A stretch of DNA of 64,000 bases from Lingula anatina. Taxonomy: Eukaryota; Animalia; Brachiopoda. The notes under the pieces are model-generated. The model saw only the letters and a list, made by a program, of their open reading frames with translations, made no database searches and was not told the origin of the DNA. A program made the position numbers and the translations under genes. Shown here piece after piece: positions 15,170-26,870 of this stretch (within the stretch, counting starts at the first letter, position 1; each line of letters starts with the position of its first letter). The stretch lies in the NCBI GenBank assembly GCA_051362555.1, contig CM120643.1, positions 18,170,848-18,234,847 of the forward strand, written 5' to 3'.

Positions 15170-15420
15170 CTGCCGGTCGTGGCAACCCTCTCTCAATCTA
15201 TAGCCTTATGCTAGTGTTAAACACTCGTATTTCTTGTATTTCTGTCATTTGAAGAAAAAAAAACGATGCGTAGAACAAAAAATGTCGTAACAAATCCACC
15301 CCTTGGACAGTGACTTCCGTATAAACTAACCGAGATTTTTCGATCTCTTTTTTAAAGAGAATTCTCAACTCAAATATGGGCCACTGCAATGCTGGTGAGA
15401 GTTGTGTTAGTTGCGATAGT
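15170..15420 (-). promoter_or_regulatory. Probable non-coding first exon and promoter of the CARD gene
   Basis: CpG-richer patch ending in a CAG|GTAAAT donor at 15170/15169; an acceptor lies at ~14365, just upstream of the ATG. Confidence 0.45.
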
Positions 15421-15700
15421 TGAGAAATTCTGACGCAAGTTGTTTCTTTTGAAACAAACCTTTCACTTTGGTTTTTTACGTTAATTTGAGCTCTTTAGAT
15501 CTTAAAAATTTAAGCATGGTAGTTTCATACTTCAAAACCAGTACAGAAAAGGAAAAGCACCTTTCCCCAAATTAGGAGTTAATTTACATTTATAGCAGCA
15601 CATAAATACAGCACTCCCGCGCACTGCATGGGAACTAACCTTAAAAAGAACTGGCCGCTTTATTTATTTATTATTATTATTTTTTTTGTACATAAATATT

Positions 15701-16519
15701 CAGTGGCGGATTTAGAAGAGGGGGTCAGGGGGGTCCTGACCCTCCTTCGGTTTCTGAAAAATATTTCACACCAATATTCCCCTCTTGAAACTAAAATTTT
15801 GACTAGCTAAATCATAGTTCTAAACCGTAGGCCTACCAAAGAGCACTGTTTGCTCTCCAGAAAACCAAAAAATTTTCGGGACCCTTGAGCAGGCCCCAAA
15901 CCCCACACCCCACACGTATGTATGTTTGTGAGTATCAGTACATGTATTTCTTCATCAACCAAAAGTATTAAATACTTAAGGCGCAAAAGTATGAGAAAAA
16001 TTTGTGCAATACATTTGTTATAATTTTCGAAGAGAATTTGTAAATGATCTCTTTCTCTGAAATGCGTCAACGTGTACTACAACTGTTGAACACGTGTTAT
16101 AACTTTTAATATCAAGAGGAATATATTAACAGTTGTAGCAATAACCTCACCCACCCTGCAAATGAAACGGGTTGTGCTATCAATGTTACTTTTTTAACAA
16201 GAGGCCTCAATTAGTTAAATCATAAACTAATTCCAGATCATAATTTTGCTTTTGCGTTAGCTAAACCTGAACATCAGACTAGTTAATAAACTTGCACGCC
16301 ATTCCATGTATGTGCCCTCTGCCCTGTGATATTACGTGCAATATTAGAATGTAGAGAGGCTGTCTGTTTAGTTCAAAGTTGTAAACATTATTTAATCTTT
16401 TCAGGAGCTCAACGAGATTGTTCACAGCACAGCATCCGCCTGAAAGCAACCTATGAAGTCTAGCCTTTGTTTCAAACACAGGAACCCACGCTCCTTCGTA
16501 CATATATTATATGAAAACT

Positions 16520-16567
<48 letters not shown>

Positions 16568-17122
16568 TGTAATTCGGCGTTTTATTTTTCACTTTGTTAT
16601 GAAATTATAATGATAAGGATAGTAGTAATCATAATGGAAAATGAGTTATTTTTAGTGTTTGAGGACTTTAAAATTCAATCTGATCCGTAAATAATGTTTT
16701 GTTGATTGACAGTTTTTTGTGGTACTTAAATTTTAAATAGTTGTAAAATGACCAGTATTTTCTAAATAACCCATCCAAGCTGTTTCCAACAGCCTACATT
16801 TTATCGTTCAAATTTATTGAAATTTACAATCCTGGTTTTTAAAAAATTCACATGAGATTTTTGTTCTGTAGCATGTGGAACTAATCCGTTTGGATTTAAT
16901 TTTTCCTATATTTTTCTTATATAGGGAGGGCCCCATTTTGACGGGTTTTGGCTTTTACTGTCGTGAATTGTTTTAATTTGGCGGCCTATTCTTAGTATAA
17001 ATACTTAATTTGATATTGGAACGTAATAATGAATACGTGGGGTTTTTTATATGGATACGGTGGAAATTGGTCAAAAAATTTGATTTCTGGGGGTAAAACG
17101 ATTAATCCTGGATCCACCCCTG
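15701..17122. mobile_element. 1.4-kb non-autonomous DNA transposon with the same ends as the 57908-58178 MITE
   Basis: Left end CAGTGGCGGATTTAG, whose first ~200 bp match 57908-58090; right end AATCCTGGATCCACCCCTG; AATATT on both flanks. The two ends may belong to separate insertions. Confidence 0.55.
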
Positions 17123-18155
17123 AATATTATTAAGGGCACTGAATTTATAAAATTATAATATTGAAAATAAAGCTCGTTAACTTTGGATTTTAATATCATA
17201 TTTAGGAATCTAACAATTTAAATGACATGTTCAAAACGTTTTAAATTTAAAAAATGGTGGAGGCGTAGATAAGAGGTTCTGATAAAGAGAAGCACCAAGA
17301 TGAAAACCAAGTTTTAACGATTTTATTGTTTCGATATAACGAAACATAGTTTTTACGTATGTCTCTTTTCAAGTAATGAGCCGCCTATTTTAGACCCTAC
17401 TGTATAGAAGATGAAATTAATGCCTTATTCAAATGAAAACGGACCATTTCACATATACATCATCATAATTATCATTTTATTTATTTATTTATTTGCCTCT
17501 GCAGTATACCTCAGATGTGTCTAAAGTTACTAAGATGTCACCAAGAGGCAATTCTTCTATCAAAATCACTGACGAATGCTAACATACGCAATGCATTGCG
17601 TATTATAATTATTGCATAAGAGAGTATGGCTTATGTGTTTTATTATATGATAAAATATGCAAGCCTAACTACACTGTATTTGAAGTCAAGTGAATATACT
17701 TCACATTAAACGTTTTGACAAAAAGCTATAATATCGGCTCTTATAGACACAAATGTATCTAAAGTAAAAAAAAAAAAGACTCTTTCTAGACAAGTCTTTA
17801 ATCAAACATGTTCGTGCGCTTAATTGAAAATAAAAAATAAAATATTATATATTCAATATATTAACAATAAGACGACACACACTTGCCAACTTTTTCCGAT
17901 TATTTTTTCTTTTTGTCATAAGAATATTCTTTCATTTCCTTGCAAACCTCTTTACTAATTAACTTTATTTTTTACTTTACGTATACATGTTTTTCCATAG
18001 GCCCTTTAATTTTCATCTAATAGCTAACAGTTTCCAATTCGTAATACGGGCAAGGTTCTATTGATGGATTTAAACAGCATATGCATAATTGTGCGAGAAT
18101 ATCTCTGGTATCAGGGTGCACTTCCGTACGTTGTTGCAATTAGCAAGTGACAAGT

Positions 18156-18805
18156 CACGATTGCTGTCCGCTAACGAGCTCCATCTGCCCGGGTTTTCTG
18201 TCGGGGTTTTCCTTCCCTTAAACGATTGCTGTTCGCTAACGAGCTCCATCTGCCCGGGTTTTCTGTCGGGGTTTTCCTTCCCTTAGACGATTGCTGTTCG
18301 CTAACGAGCTCCATCTGCCCGGGTTTTCTGTCGGGGTTTTCCTTCCCTTAGACGATTGCTGTTCGCTAACGAGCTCCATCTGCCCGGGTTTTCTGTCGGG
18401 GTTTTCCTTCCCTTAGACGATTGCTGTTCGCTAACGAGCTCCATCTGCCCGGGTTTTCTGTCGGGGTTTTCCTTCCCTTAGACGATTGCTGTTCGCTGAC
18501 GAGCTCCATCTGCCCGGGTTTTCTGTCGGAGTTTTCCTTCCCTTAGACGAATGCTGTCCGCTGACGAGCTCCATCTGCCCGGGTTTTCTGTCGGGGCTTT
18601 CCTTCCCTTAGACGATTGCTGTTCGCTAACGAGCTCCATCTGCCCGGGTTTTCTGTCGGGGTTTTCCTTCCCTTAGACGATTGCTGAAAGCTAACGAGCT
18701 CCATCTGCCCGGGTTTTCTGTCGGGGTTTTCCTTCCCTTAGACGATTGCTGTCCGCTAACGAGCTCCATCTGCCCGGGTTTTCTGTAGGGGTTTTCCTTC
18801 CCCTA
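18156..18805 (-). repeat. 65-bp tandem array, 10 units, 3' of kinase copy 1
   Basis: Plus-strand unit GACGATTGCTGTTCGCTAACGAGCTCCATCTGCCCGGGTTTTCTGTCGGGGTTTTCCTTCCCTTA recurs at 18221, 18286 ... 18741 with exact 65-nt period. Confidence 0.97.
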
Positions 18806-18837
18806 GGCGGTGGCACTGGTGCTCTCCCATATCCCAG

Positions 18838-21800
18838 CTATTTGTCCCAGTCGGTTCTTTGTGCTCTTGTCATCACAGAGAGGAAAACTTCTGCCGCTAC
18901 CCTCATGGTGGGTCGCCCAGGGGTGTACAGAGAGCAGCAGCGGGTTACAAACTCCTGTATCCCCATCACCTCCCCAAGGCCAGAGCGCTGGAGAATTACC
19001 CCCAGACTGTAAACATCACTTTTGGTGCTAGCAGTGATATTCCAGTAGATTTCGGGAGCCGAATGTGGGCATTTGGTCATTCTTGCCAGTCGTTCTGAGG
19101 GGTCGGGGACACGTTGCTTAAATCCACCCTCGGGGTCAGAGGTGTAGGACGCACTGCCCAAGTCGCTTATGTAGGGGCAAGGGTAAGTACCAATGCGGCC
19201 AGACAATAGTATGTTGTCTTCTTTCAAGTCATTGTGTATCACCCCTAGACTGTGCAGTCGTTCCATTTTTCGGGCAACTTGAAACATCACCCATGCCCAT
19301 TCACACAAAGACTCCGGCTCTGGCAGGGGCGGTACCCTCCTGATCTCCTCAGCCAAGGTAATGGACACCCTTTGGTTCATGTCCCCAATGAAGTCTGTGA
19401 CTACGGCAGTGTCGTTACAGCGCTCCGGGCGCTCGTCCACATTAACGTGAAGCAACCCAACGAACCTAGCCGAAAGCAAAAAAATATAGCTGAGTTATAA
19501 GTATATACATTACGTGAGGGAATAAATAGTTGGAAAATGAAAATAAGATTGTACGCATATGTGGTTAAAAATGATTTAGTCGATAAAATTATGATTTTAC
19601 AAAAATAGGAATATGTCACATGTATTGAAAGGCACAAAGCAAATTATGAAATAAATGCTTGAAGGGAGAAAGAAAGACAAAATATACCTGGGCACAATGT
19701 TGGTCCCCGGTACTGCCTCACTTATTCCTTGGAGGAGCTGGGCCTCTTTCACCACCTGGGTGAACATCTGGTTAGCCAGTCGTTTGAAATATTTAATGGC
19801 CACCAAGTTGCCAGACGACACCTCGGAGGCCAAGAAGACGCTCCCGAAGCAGCCGGACCCAATTTCGCGGAGGAATTTGAAGTTCTTGTTTTCGAGCAAT
19901 GGGGGACTCGAGGCTCGATCAAAAAACAGATCAATATCCTTAATAGCTGTAAATCAACAAAGTTTGCATGGTTAAAGATTTGATGGACACAAAGATAATG
20001 ATTTCAACAGTTTTTATTCTTAAAGAAATAATAACGTGATTCGATGTGTTTCCAGTTCTAAAGAGAGAAGAAAAAATTAACGACAAATATTCCTCGGAAT
20101 AAACCTGTGGCAGATGCAGTGTTCATATGAAGCAGGTAAATGAAGAGCATTTCCACAATGCTTCCCGCTTGACTTTACTTCGTTTTTTCTTTTTTTTTTT
20201 AACCACGCAAGGATGCCTTTAATCTTTTTCAAAATTAAAGAAAAAGCAATACTAAAAATATTTAAATGAAAAAAAAAAGTTTTGCACATATTCTTGACGA
20301 AGTGCACTACCAACCGATTTGTAAGCAGTGGTGCGTGAATTTTTACCGAGACTTAGATAAATTAATTCAATATTTTGTTTAAGAAAGGACAAAGGAAGAT
20401 AATAACATTATACCTGTCCCTACGTAAAAATCCTCCAATGGACCGATGGTATTATCTGGTGACTAGGTTATAAAAACAATAGATAAATTTTAAAATAAAT
20501 AAATAAATAAATATAATATACTTAAAAGACATACAGGAAAATATAAGCCCCGTCTGAGTAACAGTTAGCTTAACATATAAATCTTTGTAAGGGAATAAAA
20601 CAGTGAAAAACAACAACAAAAATATCGTGAGTGAGCAAGCTGGGCAAACAGTCTTAACATTGTCTTTGAAAATGAAAAATAAAGGAAAAATTAGTATCAA
20701 CGTTTGACGTGAAAGGTTATATCAGTAACACAAACCTTAGGACTATCGGGACTGGGGGACACAGTCACGGTGTATGTGCCTCCTGATATCTTTGGGGCAG
20801 AGTCACATTCTGGCAGCTCTTCGGAACTTACCGATTCGAGCACTGCAAAAAAAAATAATGAATTAATCTGCGTTATATGTAATGTTTTATTTTTTTCGAT
20901 GATGAATGACGAATATATTTCTTTATAATTAACAATTTGTCATGAATTAACTGACAAGCGGTTTATTAAGTTTATTTCACGTTAATAATGAGAGCAAGGA
21001 CTATAGTCCCTGTCATATAAGGACTTATAAAGAAATCCATTTTGAACGACACAATAGAGGTCCTCTACCCAGATCCTCTCCCACGTGGGATGTTTTAATT
21101 TCAGGTAAATCTGGAGTAGTGGAAGTAGAGCTGGAGGAATTCTAGAGAGAAAGAAAGAGAGAGGTAATGAGAAAGAGAGGGAAAAAGAAAGAATGAAACA
21201 AGGTAAGAAAGCAAGAAAAAGGAGTAAACAGACAGGCATAATTAAATCATAATTGTTTAAAGTGTATACCCAATAAGAAAACCCGAATGTACTTGAAACA
21301 TAAGTAAAATGCAAATACCCTTCCAAGTTTCTTCTGACACCAGCGCCGAAATCGGGCCAGCTTCTTAGGAGCTCTCGGTCCAGTATCACGAGGACTCCTT
21401 CTCCCTTGTGCTGCAAGATATTTGATAAATCATGTGACATAAATAGTAACTGGTGTAAAATGTAGTATGCTGAGTAAGCAAAGACACTGTATATATTGGC
21501 CGGGTACAGGCATGTTACGTTTAACTGAGATGGTTCCCTTTAACGCAACTGTGTATTCTAAACATTACCGTGTTCTTTTCTTTCGACAGACCAGAAACAT
21601 ATCATAGACTTATTTTCAACTTACCAGGGCCTCTTTTAAGACCAAAGCAAGATAGGAGATTATCCCAATCACTTCTACGTGGCTATAAAGCAAGTAGAAA
21701 TAAATGACTTGAATGTTCTGCACCCAAATATTAAAAATATATATGTTCCATCACTATTCATATTTCTAGTTTTATGAACCTCCCTGCCAAGTGCCGTATC

Positions 21801-22120
21801 TGTTTAAAGAAGCGTAACCTCAAGGAGATTGTTTCACAAGTGAATATTCTGTTTTCCGTCTGATTTTAAAAGAAAATTTGAGATTATTCACTGTAGGTAT
21901 AGATCAACACAACTTTAATTGGCATACGCTGAAATCACAAGAACAACGGCTTGTCTTATATGTTGTACAATCGCCATGAAATAGATGCTTCCTACCTCTC
22001 CCCCCCCCCCCCCTCCACAACTCATCTCTCTCTCACTCTCTCTTTTACAATGGTCCACAAAACACATACTGAAAATATTTTGTCAACGACATACACAGTG
22101 CAACTTACAATTAATGGCAT
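18838..22120 (-). CDS. Non-RD Ser/Thr protein kinase, copy 1 (8 exons, 425 aa)
   Basis: Exons 22120-22109, 21682-21625, 21410-21319, 21141-21069, 20842-20736, 20462-20414, 19946-19688, 19465-18838; GT-AG and in frame. Motifs GSGCFG, VAIK, HNDLKEDN, DLG, APE, SDVYSLG, RPT. Same exon sizes as copy 3. The 5' exons are less certain than the kinase exons. Confidence 0.88.
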
Positions 22121-22240
22121 ATTGCTCTTCTTTTATGACAGAAATTTCTTCGTAAATAGTCAAATGCTAACGTGGTTCAACACAATGTGTATCACTCGTT
22201 TGCGGTGTGACGGTTGTCTGAGGAGACGGTTCCGACAAAC

Positions 22241-22546
22241 TGACGTCACAACAAAGACGCATGCTTATTGGATGATGACGGGTATTATACATAAATCTTG
22301 CCCCATTTCATAAAAATCAATTTCATAAATACTACAGCGTGAACATAATTTTTGGCCTCGCTTAACCTACTCAAATGAAATACATTTCTCTTGGATATAT
22401 AAACACTACATGATGGGAGATGTTTTATGGACAAATGATAAGTTTGAATCGTTCCATATTTCGGCATAACGCGAGATGCGGCAAACCAAATTTAAAGTAT
22501 TATGACGTCACAGTGGAAGAAGGAGGTTTGAACATTTATGACGTTA
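22241..22546 (-). promoter_or_regulatory. Kinase copy 1 promoter with two perfect CRE/ATF palindromes
   Basis: TGACGTCA at 22241-22248 and 22503-22510, plus TGACGTTA at 22539; same spacing in the other copies. Confidence 0.65.
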
Positions 22547-23282
22547 CGTTGCGACTGAGACTTGAAATGTCCTCCTCATTCCAGAATTGCAAATCTTTTC
22601 AGACAGGGCTTTGATTAACAAATAAGCGTATGGTGTAAATACTGCATAAACATCTCCCATCTGTTTCTTTTTTTAATTATATTCCTTTTATAGAACAAAA
22701 TGCGGGAAAGGAGCACATTTTATCAATAAATTTTACTTTAACTTTGACAATATTATATACATTATTTATACATGTATATACACAATTTTAAAATGGGTAT
22801 GCTTGTTATAATGTTTAGGACTACTACAGGTATGTAGTTTACATAAAAAAGAACAAAGCTTCAAGGCCATGACTTGGACAAAAATCTCTTCAGATTTGTA
22901 AATCAGTTTTCTTACCCGTCATATATGATCAAACTGGACTCTTATTTGTATCATTACCGTCGGTTGTCAAGGAGAAGGATACAGATCCATGTCCAGTAAT
23001 CCCAGATTGAGCTCAATGTCTGCTTGGATCAAAAAGTTGTAAATACCAGACTGTAAAGGTTATTTATTTCGTTGACAAACAAAAATAGCATCCCCTGCAT
23101 TGATTGCGGGTCCTTCATCTGTCCGTCTCATTCTGACACATTTTTATGTCCTATCATTGACACATCAGTGACACATATTCTAAACTCCTGGAGCTTGTTT
23201 CACCAAAAGACTTAGGATTTCTGCAGCAAAATATGAAAAAAATTCTATTATTATTATTAATTTCCATGACTTTTTTAATTAC

Positions 23283-24190
23283 TAGTTTGATTTACCTTCC
23301 TGACAGCTACAAGACGCGTAACCTCAGAGATCGTTTTTCAAGTAAATAATACATGTATTTTTCCCATTCGTAAATAGTCACAGACCGCTTTCGGAAAAAA
23401 TTGATTCGCAGATCCGCGAATTAAATATGGTTGACCCACTTAAAGATACATACAAAGTCAATTTTTTGTCACAAAAACCAACCAAATGCCAGCATACAGT
23501 TTCAAGTAGGATAACTAAGAGAATTACCAAAATGCATTGTTTAAATTTACCCGAAAATGATGTTTGAACAGATTTTTCTGCTGGCATTCTAAGCTGTATG
23601 TCAATGGGGCAGGAAAGTAGGTCACGGAAGTAGGTTAAGTTTACAACCATAAATTTAAAGAAAGGAGCAGTCTAAAGGTATTTTACAGCTGATCGAGTGA
23701 TCTATTCAGTTTATCCCTTGGCATGTCAAATTTATTTGAGTCATATAAGAATCTAGTAGAAGTGGTTTACATGTGTTACTGGGAATCCACGCTCCACCGA
23801 TGCTCGGTTCGTATGTACCTTTAAAAGCAAAGGCGCCTAAACCCCTAATGGTCTCCACCTTTGCCATCTCTGCAGGGGCCTGGCAATTAGATCACGAAGC
23901 CGAGGTTTAAAAGGTTGCTAAGCTCCTGCAAGGATGTCGCGTGTGGAGGCGGCGGGACCATTAGGGAATAAGGCGACTTTGCTTTCAAGTGGGGACGGCC
24001 ATATTTATTATACAGATCAGTTAGTCCGTGGATCAACCGTTCTGAATGCGGCCAAAATGCTAACGCGGTTTTACACACTGTGTATCACTCGTTTGCGGTA
24101 TGAGACGTTTCTCTTAAAGGGACGTCACAACAAAGACGCATATCATATGTATCGGATGATGGTGGGTATCGTGCACCGTTTCATAAAATT
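23283..24190 (-). pseudogene. Degraded relic of a fourth kinase 5' region, interrupted by a family-B MITE fragment
   Basis: 24053-24190 aligns to 22160-22315 (promoter/exon 1); 23283-23370 aligns to the intron-1 block 21765-21860; ~23830-24052 resembles the family-B MITE arm. No kinase exons follow. Confidence 0.65.
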
Positions 24191-26206
24191 CCGTTTCCTA
24201 ACTTAAGCTTGCAGCTAACCTGCGGTGGCAGCTCGTGAGAAAAAGGTCGGATATCTAATTAACATGCGTCCACCGAAGTTAATTAGTAGTTGGTCGTCCT
24301 CATGGCCTAAGTGAATCTTGCTATTGTCTCTTTTCTAATAACGTCCATGCTACGGTAACATGTAACTACAAATATTTATGGCGCTCTTAATGGCTAAAAA
24401 GTTCAGTGAACCACGTGCACTTAGGACAATTGAAAATGGAGTACTCTTTCCACACAAATTAAACTCAGATTGTTAAGTTTCATTAGTAAAGTATTTTTAT
24501 AGATGGTAAATCATTGGACATTAAAGGTGTGTTTGCAATTTCTTTTTTGCCTTCATAAAATCGCATATGTGTATTTGCCGCTGTTTTGGAAGTTTACGAC
24601 GCGCTTATCACTTTTTTAATGATAAAAGAGTAGAAAAATGGAATTTGCGTCTCTTAACTACAAATATGCGTCAGAGTAATATTTGCTAGTTTCAATGTTT
24701 GGAATCAGTACTTATAATCGACCAGGGGTGTTTGAGCGGCCAGCATGGGACTCTTTTAAACAACACAGATTAGTGTACAATTCATAGGTTTTTGAAAAGA
24801 TGGCTTGGCGTAATGTCACCTTTTATCATGAAATTGGTAGTGAAGTTAAGTGTTTGGTAAATTTCAACAGGTATGATACTTATAAGCTGCATCTGTATTC
24901 ATTTTTGAATGATGGAAATATACGTTTCCAAGACGGGCAAAGCGCGAGAGCCGTCAAGTGTCCCAAATACTGGTTGCCTAGAGAGGTTTCGATAAACCAT
25001 CTTGAAGTCTGCAGAATTTTGTATTTAAGCAGCAATTCTCCACTGAGAAATGGGCCCTGTCACGTTAAACACCTTCTTACGATCTTTCCCTTCGACTGTC
25101 TTGGAATAGTGCCATATCTACACCGCCATTGGATATTATGACGTGAGATCATCTCAGATGTGGTTTGTCAATCGAGTATGCGTCATTAACTTTACATTAC
25201 AAAATATCTTTCATAGTTGTTTCAATGTCTTTCTTATTAATGTTTTATTGTATAATTATTTCATTTAATGCTAAATTTAAATCATTCCGTCCAGGCATCG
25301 AATTTAAAAAATACCTTTTTTCGGGAGAGGGAGGGAAGAGGGAGCGGGGTCAATAAAAACGAAACCCCTCTAGGAAATCTTGAATCTGCCATTGTTTGTC
25401 AGGAAGAAGAGCCTTGTAAGAACACATAGCAACATGTGTAAAATAGTTTATTTTCAATATAATGACTGTACTAACAACAGTAAATCTCAAAGATCTTTAC
25501 ACGTTTCATTTGCACAATCACGTGATGTTCAAAATCAAACACAAATCTCATAGTGATACAAATTGCATCCAACGTTGATTCGCTGACAAAATTACATTTT
25601 ATGGAGGCTAAAGACGAGAATAATCTCCCTCTTTTCTTGTCCACGAAGGTCATATTTTCCTTATCGGAAATAAGGTGTCCTTATGTATTCCGTTAAATGC
25701 CATCAGCCTTCGAATGGATTCCCCTAAAATGTCGAAGTATGCCCAACTTAATATTGGGAAAATTATTACAGTTTATCTTTGGTCATAAACAAACCGTTGC
25801 CTATGGTCAGATAAATATATGATATGTGTCAACATAAACATATTAATATTAACATATTAATCACAGACCCTAATGTTAAATAAACACACCGCGTTAATTT
25901 CTAATATCGTCAGACATATTGGTCCGTCTACAGAAAAAAAGCTAACAAATGTGTGCTATGATAAGTACAAATTTCTTCATTAAAACGCGTGATAGAAAAT
26001 ACTGAGACATATTATCTTACAGACACATTTCTTTCAGCATGAGCAAACTATATTGGGTCTCTTAAGTATTTCATAATACTAATGTGCTTTATCATACCAA
26101 ACTACATGTACTTGAGGTTAAATGAAGACATATCACAGCTAGCTTTAAAAAACAAATGCACTGTTATCCTCAAAGACAAATAAATGTCATTAAGGATTAA
26201 GCCAAG

Positions 26207-26856
26207 GACGATTGCTGTTCGCTAACGAGCTCCATCCGCCCGGGTTTTCTGTTAGGGTTTTCCTTCCCTTAGACGACTGCTGTTCGCTAACGAGCTCCAT
26301 CCGCCCGGGTTTTCTGTCGGGGTTTTCCTTCCCTTAGACGACTGCTATTCGCTAACGAGCTCCATCCGCCCGGGTTTTCTGTCGGGGTTTTCCTTCCCTT
26401 AGACGATTGCTGTTCGCTACCGCACTCCATCCGCCCGGGTTTTCTGTTAGGGTTTTCCTTCCCTTAGACGACTGCTGTTCGCTAACGAGCTCCATCTGCC
26501 CGGATTTTCTGTAATGGTTTTCCTTTCCTTAGACGATTGCTGTCCGCTAACGAGCTCCATCTGCCCGGGTTTTCTGTTAGGGTTTTCCTTCCCTTAGACG
26601 ATTGCTGTCCGCTAACGAGCTCCATCTGCCCGGGTTTTCTGTTAGGGTTTTCCTTTCCTTAGACGACTGCTGTTCGGCAACGAGCTCCATCTGCCCGGGT
26701 TTTCTGTTAGGGTTTTCCTTCCCTTAGACGACTGCTGTCCGCTTACGAGCTCCATCTGCCCGGGTTTTCTGTTAGGGGTTTCCTTCCCTTAGACGATTGC
26801 TGTCCGCTAACGAGCTCCATCTGCCCGGGTTTTCTGTTAGGGTTTTCCTTCCCTTA
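26207..26856 (-). repeat. 65-bp tandem array, 10 units, 3' of kinase copy 2
   Basis: Units start at 26207, 26272 ... 26792, exact 65-nt period, same consensus as 18156-18805. Confidence 0.97.
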
Positions 26857-26870
26857 GGCGCTCGAACTGG

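Noticed and set aside
18481-18610. Hammerhead ribozyme suggested by CTGACGAG in two units
   Set aside because: Only 2 units have CUGACGA (most have CUAACGA), it is antisense to the kinase, and no GAAA follows a stem II. HDV, twister and pistol cores could not be fitted by eye either.
18156-18805. 65-bp arrays as CRISPR-like arrays
   Set aside because: Units are head-to-tail with no unique spacers, there are no cas-like ORFs, and the context is eukaryotic.
18089-19500. Plus-strand ORFs over the array and kinase exon 8, and their mirror ORFs at 47797-48357
   Set aside because: Antisense shadows of GC-rich coding or repeat sequence; the 65-nt period is not a multiple of 3 and introduces stops.
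22165-22313. Antisense mini-ORF MLTWFNTMCITRLRCDGCLRRR... present in all kinase promoters
   Set aside because: Short, and explained by high nucleotide identity of the promoter core; it is frameshifted in the relic and shows no independent coding signal.
17500-23220. Kinase cassette as an autonomous transposon or endogenous virus
   Set aside because: No transposase, RT, Rep/helicase or capsid ORF; no shared TIR/LTR/TSD at the ends; copy boundaries differ and spliceosomal introns are retained. Segmental duplication fits better.
24800-25141. 113-aa ORF between kinase copies 1 and 2
   Set aside because: No recognisable motif, paralog or splice context.
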